Below the pieces are notes generated by a model. The model ran no database searches. It was not told the origin of the DNA and worked only from the letters and a program-made list of their open reading frames with translations. The translations under genes and the position numbers were made by a program. A DNA stretch of 59,236 bases from an uncultured Coriobacteriia bacterium (GTDB lineage: Bacteria > Actinomycetota > Coriobacteriia > Coriobacteriales > CAZMJV01): assembly GCA_964566905.1 (NCBI GenBank), contig CAZMJV010000004.1, positions 1-59,236 of the forward strand, given 5' to 3'. Positions 52,261 through 59,236 of the stretch are shown piece after piece; positions within the stretch are counted from its first letter, which is position 1, and each line of letters opens with the position of its first letter.

Positions 52261-53033
52261 GGGTCCTTCTCTTCGACACCGCGACCGACTTCCTCGTGGC
52301 TGGAATCGGAGAAGTCCGTGACGATGGCTCCTTCGCGGTCATCGCTTCAGGGGACTGCCCCGCACCCCGTCGTGCCAACACGCTGCTGCTTCCGAGGATG
52401 CAGGAACTCATGGAGGAGACCGGGCTCACGCCTTCCGACATGGAGGGCGTCGTCTGCGGTCGCGGTCCCGGATCGTTCACGGGGGTGCGGATCGGCGTGG
52501 CCACGGCAAAAGGGGTCGCCCAGGGTCTCGGCGTGCCGCTCTGGGGCGTGTCGACACTCGACGCGATCGCCCACCGGCTGGCACACGCCGGGTTCGAGGG
52601 AGAGCTCGGGGTGGTCGGTGACGCGATGAGGGGTGAGGTCTATCCCGCCGTCTTCACGATCGCAGGGGGAGTGGTGTCGCGCCATGCACCCGATTTCGTA
52701 ACCAAGCCCGAAGCCTGCGCGGACGCATGGGCCGCTCTGCCCGGCGGGCTCGCGTTGGCGGGCAACGGACTGCGCAAGTACGCACCGGTCTTCTCCGAGA
52801 GGATGGGAACGGGAGCTTGTTTCGTCGACGAGGCCTACTGGACCCCCGACACGGAAGGTCTCCTCTCAGCCTTCGTGGATGCGCTCCGCGCCGGGACAGC
52901 AGGGAGCGGGGACCCCGTCGAGCTCCTGCCCATATACACGCGGCTTTCGGATGCCGAGGAAACCGAGCGGGAGAGGAAGGGCCTCGGTCCGACCACGCCT
53001 CCGGCGACCGGTGTATCGGGGGCGACGTCATGA
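52257..53033 (+). CDS. tsaB: tRNA t6A37 biosynthesis protein TsaB
   Basis: 258 aa. MRVLLFDTATD..., GPGSFTGVRIGVATAKG. Confidence 0.9.
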   Translation: MRVLLFDTATDFLVAGIGEVRDDGSFAVIASGDCPAPRRANTLLLPRMQELMEETGLTPSDMEGVVCGRGPGSFTGVRIGVATAKGVAQGLGVPLWGVSTLDAIAHRLAHAGFEGELGVVGDAMRGEVYPAVFTIAGGVVSRHAPDFVTKPEACADAWAALPGGLALAGNGLRKYAPVFSERMGTGACFVDEAYWTPDTEGLLSAFVDALRAGTAGSGDPVELLPIYTRLSDAEETERERKGLGPTTPPATGVSGATS

Positions 53034-53515
53034 CGCTCGACGTGACGATGCAGCCGATGTCGACGGCGGATATCGACGCGGTGCTCGCCCTCGAAGGCGG
53101 GTCGTTCTCGGGTGTCAGATGGACGCACCAGATGTTCGTCGAGGAGCTCATGCGCGACGATCGCGCGTGGTGGGTGGCGGTCGAGTACCCCGAGGGCGGC
53201 GACGCCGACTGGGGCGATGTGGTTGGTGCGGCTGGCATCTGGGTCGTCGACGGCGACGCCCACGTTCTCGGAATCTCCGTGGACCCGGACTCGCGCAGGC
53301 GGGGGATCGCGCGTCAACTGATGGAGGCGGCGTCCGCATCCGCATCGTCGATGGGGGCGCGTCGCATGACACTCGAGGTAGCCGTCACGAACGTTCCTGC
53401 ATTGGCGCTTTACGAGTCGCTCGGATTCACCTCTGTGGGCGTGCGCACAGGTTATTACGATGATGGAACCGACGCGAACGTCATGTTCGCCGACCTCGCG
53501 GAGGAGGAGCGATGA
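53030..53515 (+). CDS. rimI: Ribosomal-protein-alanine N-acetyltransferase (GNAT)
   Basis: The ATG at 53030 overlaps the tsaB TGA. GNAT acetyl-CoA motif VDPDSRRRGIARQLM. 161 aa. Confidence 0.85.
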   Translation: MTLDVTMQPMSTADIDAVLALEGGSFSGVRWTHQMFVEELMRDDRAWWVAVEYPEGGDADWGDVVGAAGIWVVDGDAHVLGISVDPDSRRRGIARQLMEAASASASSMGARRMTLEVAVTNVPALALYESLGFTSVGVRTGYYDDGTDANVMFADLAEEER

Positions 53516-54579
53516 CGACAACTGATAAGCCTCTGATCCTCGCCATCGAGTCCTCGTGCGACGAGACGGCGGCGTCTGTCGTCCGCGGTCGCGACGAGAT
53601 CCTCTCGGACGTCATCGCGAGCCAGATAGACTTCCACGCTCGCTTCGGCGGCGTTGTTCCCGAGATCGCCTCGCGAAAGCACACGGAGGCGATCGTGGGA
53701 GTGGTCGAGGAGGCGATGCGCGACGCGGCCGTGTCGCTCGGGGTCGACTCGCTGGATTTTCGCGACCTGGACGCCATCGCGGTCACGCAGGGCCCCGGCC
53801 TCGTGGGCGCCCTCGTCGTGGGCCTCGCCTACGCCAAGGGCCTCTCGTTCGCAACGGGTGTGCCCCTCATCGGGGTCAACCATCTCGAGGGCCACATCTA
53901 CGCCAACCGGCTGAGCGACCGCGCGCTCGATGTGCCGCTGGTGGCGCTTGTCGTCTCGGGAGGGCACACCGCGCTTGTGCATGTCCCCGAGTGGGGCGTC
54001 TACCGGACGATGGGTGAGACGCTCGACGATGCGACGGGCGAGGCGTTCGACAAGGTCGCCAAGGTCCTGGGACTCGGATACCCGGGAGGCCCGATCCTCT
54101 CCCGCTACGCGGAGGAGGGAAACCCCGCGGCCATCGCGTTTCCGCGGGCGATGCTGCACAGCCACGACTACCGGTTCTCGCTCTCAGGTCTGAAGACGTC
54201 GGTCATCAACTACATCCGCAAGGAGCGGGAGGCGGGGCGCGAGATATCGATCCCCGACCTCGCAGCCTCCTTCCAGGCAGCGATCGTCGACGTCCAAGTC
54301 GCGAAGTCCCTGGCAGCGGTCAAGGAGACCAGGGCGAAGAACTTCTGCATCGCGGGCGGTGTCGCGGCGAACCCCGCGCTGAGAGAAGCACTCACGCGCG
54401 CCATGCAGAAAGCAGGGGTGCGCATCTCCGTGCCCTCGATGCGGTTCTGTACCGACAACGCCTCGATGATCGGGGCGGCTGCCGTCGACAAGTTCGCGCG
54501 CGGCGAGTTCCTCTCCCTCGAGGCCGATTCGCTCCCCGGGCTGCAAATCGACACTCCGGCCTGCTCCGTCTCCCAATAA
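53512..54579 (+). CDS. tsaD: tRNA N6-adenosine threonylcarbamoyltransferase TsaD
   Basis: 355 aa. ILAIESSCDETAA, NHLEGHIY, VSGGHT, GGVAAN. Confidence 0.96.
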   Translation: MTTTDKPLILAIESSCDETAASVVRGRDEILSDVIASQIDFHARFGGVVPEIASRKHTEAIVGVVEEAMRDAAVSLGVDSLDFRDLDAIAVTQGPGLVGALVVGLAYAKGLSFATGVPLIGVNHLEGHIYANRLSDRALDVPLVALVVSGGHTALVHVPEWGVYRTMGETLDDATGEAFDKVAKVLGLGYPGGPILSRYAEEGNPAAIAFPRAMLHSHDYRFSLSGLKTSVINYIRKEREAGREISIPDLAASFQAAIVDVQVAKSLAAVKETRAKNFCIAGGVAANPALREALTRAMQKAGVRISVPSMRFCTDNASMIGAAAVDKFARGEFLSLEADSLPGLQIDTPACSVSQ

Positions 54580-54614
54580 TCTAAGTCCTTAGGTATCAGA
54601 TTCTCAACGAGCCC

Positions 54615-54643
54615 TTGTCTGCCTCACAGACTGCGGGTAGAAT
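54615..54643 (+). promoter_or_regulatory. Putative promoter of groES-groEL
   Basis: TTGTCT (54615-20), 17 nt, TAGAAT (54638-43). Confidence 0.5.
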
Positions 54644-54651
54644 CCTGACTG

Positions 54652-54678
54652 CTAGCACTCGAACCGATTGAGTGCCAA
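54652..54678 (+). promoter_or_regulatory. CIRCE operator (HrcA binding site)
   Basis: CTAGCACTC-N9-GAGTGCCAA versus consensus TTAGCACTC-N9-GAGTGCTAA (2 mismatches). Lies 8 nt after the -10 and ~80 nt before groES. Confidence 0.85.
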
Positions 54679-54760
54679 AGCGAATGACGCGCCACGCGTC
54701 ATGTGGGTACAAACCTACGACATAACCTGCAATGTAGGAACGAAAGAAGGAGGTCGACGT

Positions 54761-55048
54761 ATGAATCTCAAGCCCCTGGGCGATCGCGTGATCGTCAAGC
54801 AGGCACCCGCCGAGGAGACCACCCGTTCGGGTCTCATCCTCGCGGACACCGCGAAGGAGAAGCCCCAGCGCGGAACCGTTCTCGCAGCCGGTCCCGGCAA
54901 GCGCGACAAGGACGGCAAGCACATCGAGATGGACGTCAAAGAGGGCGACGTGGTCATCTACTCCAAGTACGGCGGAACCGAGGTCAAGGTCGACGGCGAG
55001 GACGTTATCATCCTTCGCGCGGACGACATCTACGCGGTCGTCGGCTAA
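54761..55048 (+). CDS. groES: Co-chaperonin GroES
   Basis: ATG at 54761 after [20 protein letters not shown]... Confidence 0.96.
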   Translation: MNLKPLGDRVIVKQAPAEETTRSGLILADTAKEKPQRGTVLAAGPGKRDKDGKHIEMDVKEGDVVIYSKYGGTEVKVDGEDVIILRADDIYAVVG

Positions 55049-56734
<1,686 letters not shown>

Positions 56735-56763
56735 GCTTCGAGCCCACATCTGCACTGAAAACG

Positions 56764-56793
56764 AGGACCCCGGGAAACCGGGGTCCTTTTATT
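56764..56793. terminator. Bidirectional Rho-independent terminator (groEL / convergent glycosyltransferase)
   Basis: AGGACCCCGG-gaaa-CCGGGGTCCT flanked by an A-rich 5' side and TTTTATT on the 3' side. Confidence 0.7.
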
Positions 56794-57985
56794 GCGGGGA
56801 CGAGAGGGGCTCGAGTTTATTCTGCTTCTCGCGCGCGAGCCGCACCGCATGATCGGCGATGTTCCGTGCGGCGTCGGGGTGGGAGATGGTGGTTGCAGCT
56901 TGCCGCATCCTGCCCAAGCGCTCGGAATCGCGCACGAGGGAGCGGAACGCGCGCGCGAGCTCCTCGTCGTCATCGACGTGGACGGCCGCCCCGATGTGGG
57001 TCAGGAATTCGACATTGGCGCGTTCTTGGCCGACCGCGGGGCCCGCGAGGATCATCGGCACATCCGAGCAGACGCTCTCGGTGCAGGTCAGCCCGCCCGG
57101 CTTGCAGACGATCAGATCGCTCGCCGCCATGAGGCGGTCCATGCCCGAGACGTAGGAGAGTACAAGGAGATTGTCCAAGTGGTCGAGGCGGGCGTGATCT
57201 TCGAGCCTCTCCGCGTACTCGGCATCGCTGCCCGTGACCACCACAATGGTGATGTCCTCCGTCGCGCAAAGCTCGTTGAGTGAGCGGGAGACGAGCTTCT
57301 TGAGTCGGGCGTAAGGACCCGACATCGACGCGCCGGCAAGGATGAGGGCGATCGTTCCCGTCGCGGGCAACCCGAACTCGGCTCGAAGCGCGGCTTTGTC
57401 GTGGTGTTCTCCGAAGCCGTCTCGGGTGGGGATGCCGGTCACGGCGATCCGCTCGTCGGCGATTCCGAGGTTCAGAAGTCCAGGGCGCATCTGCTCGACG
57501 CCGACGCAGACGAGGTCGACGTGTCGGTGAGGCCAGAAGCCGTGCACGCCGTAGTCGGTCGGAACGCAGATGAGCGGGATGTCCCTTTTGAGGCGGATGC
57601 GCGAGCCGGCCACGATGTTCGCGGCGAACGCATGAGTGCAGATCACCGCATCGGCGGAGATGTCGTCAAGCCACGTCGTGAAATCGGCGTAAGCCGCCCG
57701 CGAGATCCAACCGGTCGATCCCCAGACGAAGCGCCCGAGGGAGCGGCTGCCCCACACCGCATCGTACATCGGGCCGAACGGGCCGGCGAACGTGTGGGTG
57801 GTGCGGTCCCCGTCGACCTCGAAGGTTCCGAAGTCGAGGATGTCCGCGACGTGCACGTCCACGTCCAAATGGCCCAGCGCGAGCGCGTCCGCAATCGACT
57901 CGGCGGCGACGCGATGACCCGAGCCGATGGAGGCGTAAGCGACCGCTATGTCGAGTTTCTTCGGCATGGTGGTATCATACCGCAC
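56789..57985 (-). CDS. Glycosyltransferase, MGDG-synthase/UgtP-like (GT28 family)
   Basis: 398 aa. N-terminal ...AYASIGSGHRVAAESIADAL and C-terminal ...VCKPGGLTCTESV....PMIL..P..GQE..N..FL. Start ambiguous (GTG 57985 or ATG 57967). Confidence 0.75.
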   Translation of the reverse strand: MRYDTTMPKKLDIAVAYASIGSGHRVAAESIADALALGHLDVDVHVADILDFGTFEVDGDRTTHTFAGPFGPMYDAVWGSRSLGRFVWGSTGWISRAAYADFTTWLDDISADAVICTHAFAANIVAGSRIRLKRDIPLICVPTDYGVHGFWPHRHVDLVCVGVEQMRPGLLNLGIADERIAVTGIPTRDGFGEHHDKAALRAEFGLPATGTIALILAGASMSGPYARLKKLVSRSLNELCATEDITIVVVTGSDAEYAERLEDHARLDHLDNLLVLSYVSGMDRLMAASDLIVCKPGGLTCTESVCSDVPMILAGPAVGQERANVEFLTHIGAAVHVDDDEELARAFRSLVRDSERLGRMRQAATTISHPDAARNIADHAVRLAREKQNKLEPLSSPQ

Positions 57986-58033
57986 GGTCTATCCCATCAG
58001 TTTTCGGTTCGAGCACATCATAAGGAGCTTCTC

Positions 58034-59098
58034 GTGGCGCTTTCGATCGGTATCGTCGGACTTCCCAACGTGGGCAAGTCGACCCTCTTCACCGCTCTCA
58101 CCAAGAAGACGGGGCTCGCAGCGAACTATCCGTTCGCGACCATCGAGCCCAACGTCGGCGTCGTCGCGGTGCCCGATACGCGGATGGACAACCTGGCAAA
58201 GATCGTGAACCCGCAGCGCATGATGCCCGCCACCGTCGAGTTCGTCGACATCGCGGGGCTCGTCAAGGGCGCCAACGAGGGCGAGGGACTCGGCAACCAG
58301 TTCCTCGCGAACATCCGCGAGACCGACGCCATCTGCGAGGTCGTGCGCTACTTCTCCGATCCCGACGTGATCCACGTCGAGGGCAAGGTCGATCCCGAGG
58401 GCGACGTCGAGACGATCCGCACCGAGCTGGTGCTTGCGGACCTCGCGACGCTGGACAAGGCGCTGCCCCGTCTCGAGAAGGACTCGCGCAAGGACAAGGA
58501 CCTCCTCGCCAAAGTTGAACTGATCAAGCGCCTCCTCGAGTGGCTCGATCAGGGTCACCGCGCGGCCAAGATGGAGATGACCGACGACGAGAGGGCGATG
58601 CTCCAGGACCTGCATCTGCTCACGATGAAGCCGATGCTCTACGTCGCGAACGTCGACGAGGAGACGCTCGGAGCCGAGCTCGCCCCGATCGACGGCGTCA
58701 TGCCGGTCGCGATCTGCGCGAAGGTCGAGGCCGACCTCGCCGAGCTCGATGAGGAAGAGGCGGCCGAGTACCTTGAGAGCCTCGGGCTTGCCGAGCCGGG
58801 ACTGAACACGCTCATTCGGGAAGCCTACCGCCTGCTCGGACTCCAGTCGTACTTCACGGCCGGCGTCCAGGAGGTGCGTGCCTGGACCATCCCGATCGGC
58901 GCCCGCGCCCCTCAGGCGGCCGGCGTCATCCACACCGATTTCGAGCGCGGCTTCATCAAAGCCGAGGTCATGTCCTACGAGGATTTCGTGGAGTACGGCG
59001 GTGAGGCGGGCTGCAAGGCGGCCGGGAAGTTGCGGATCGAAGGCAAGGAGTACGTCCTCGCCGACGGCGACGTCGTTCACTTCCGCTTCAACGTCTAG
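58034..59098 (+). CDS. ychF: Ribosome-binding ATPase YchF
   Basis: GTG at 58034, 6 nt after AAGGAG. (M)ALSIGIVGLPNVGKSTLFTALT......NYPFATIEPN.G. 354 aa. The track ORF start at 57401 runs antisense through the glycosyltransferase. Confidence 0.95.
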   Translation: MALSIGIVGLPNVGKSTLFTALTKKTGLAANYPFATIEPNVGVVAVPDTRMDNLAKIVNPQRMMPATVEFVDIAGLVKGANEGEGLGNQFLANIRETDAICEVVRYFSDPDVIHVEGKVDPEGDVETIRTELVLADLATLDKALPRLEKDSRKDKDLLAKVELIKRLLEWLDQGHRAAKMEMTDDERAMLQDLHLLTMKPMLYVANVDEETLGAELAPIDGVMPVAICAKVEADLAELDEEEAAEYLESLGLAEPGLNTLIREAYRLLGLQSYFTAGVQEVRAWTIPIGARAPQAAGVIHTDFERGFIKAEVMSYEDFVEYGGEAGCKAAGKLRIEGKEYVLADGDVVHFRFNV

Positions 59099-59113
59099 GG
59101 CTCGTCGGTTCCC

Positions 59114-59236
59114 CTACAGAGGTCCGTTGCCGATCGAGTAGTCGAGCGATCGGAAGAAGGAATCGGGCATGGCCTCGGTGCCGCCCATGACGTACACCCT
59201 CTGGAATCCGCTCGTCGCGACGAAGGGCTCGAGCCA
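59114..59236 (-). CDS. Hypothetical protein, C-terminal 40 codons only (5' end outside window)
   Basis: Minus-strand frame open from the window edge: ...LEPFVATSGFQRVYVMGGTEAMPDSFFRSLDYSIGNGPL*, stop TAG at 59116-59114. 'VYVMGGTEAMP' is reminiscent of cell-wall-binding repeat endings. Too short to call. Confidence 0.3.
   Translation of the reverse strand, partial: WLEPFVATSGFQRVYVMGGTEAMPDSFFRSLDYSIGNGPL

Overview
High-GC (Actinomycetota-type) chromosomal segment, almost entirely on the + strand. Its backbone follows the order known from Mycobacterium: rpoB(partial)-rpoC; rpsL-rpsG-fusA; the S10, spc and alpha ribosomal-protein clusters (rpsJ to rplQ, including secY-adk-map-infA-rpmJ); ecfA1-ecfA2-ecfT-truA; rplM-rpsI-glmM; glmS-acpS-nnrD-alr; tsaE-tsaB-rimI-tsaD; groES-groEL; ychF. 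An actinobacterial-type coiled-coil insertion in RpoC supports the phylum call. The Firmicute-like ECF module after rplQ, a glmS ribozyme and a V/A-type ATPase hint at a Coriobacteriia-like lineage, but this is inference only. Two blocks interrupt the backbone. (1) At ~30.9-36.6 kb, between glmM and glmS, lies a metalloid/thiol-redox island. It has a + strand unit (arsR-acr3-metallophosphoesterase) and a convergent minus-strand unit. The minus-strand unit runs ArsR, small thioredoxin-like protein, ArsP-type CSC permease, membrane-anchored TlpA-like thioredoxin, CcdA, and a final Cys-rich thioredoxin-fold/ArsD-like ORF interrupted by two in-frame TGA codons. (2) At ~41.9-51.8 kb, between alr and tsaE, lies a complete nine-gene V/A-type ATPase operon plus a nitroreductase and a family-4 uracil-DNA glycosylase. 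Other notable items are a ~188-aa C-terminal extension of RpoC carrying an RpoA-alpha-CTD-like helix-hairpin-helix domain, a glmS ribozyme upstream of glmS, a CIRCE operator upstream of groES, no tuf after fusA, and several unusually long, hairpin-rich spacers inside the r-protein operons. I saw no rRNA, tRNA, CRISPR array, transposase or integrase. All calls rest on my reading of the translations and motifs; no database search or folding program was run. The many long antisense or out-of-frame ORFs in the track are treated as GC-driven artefacts.
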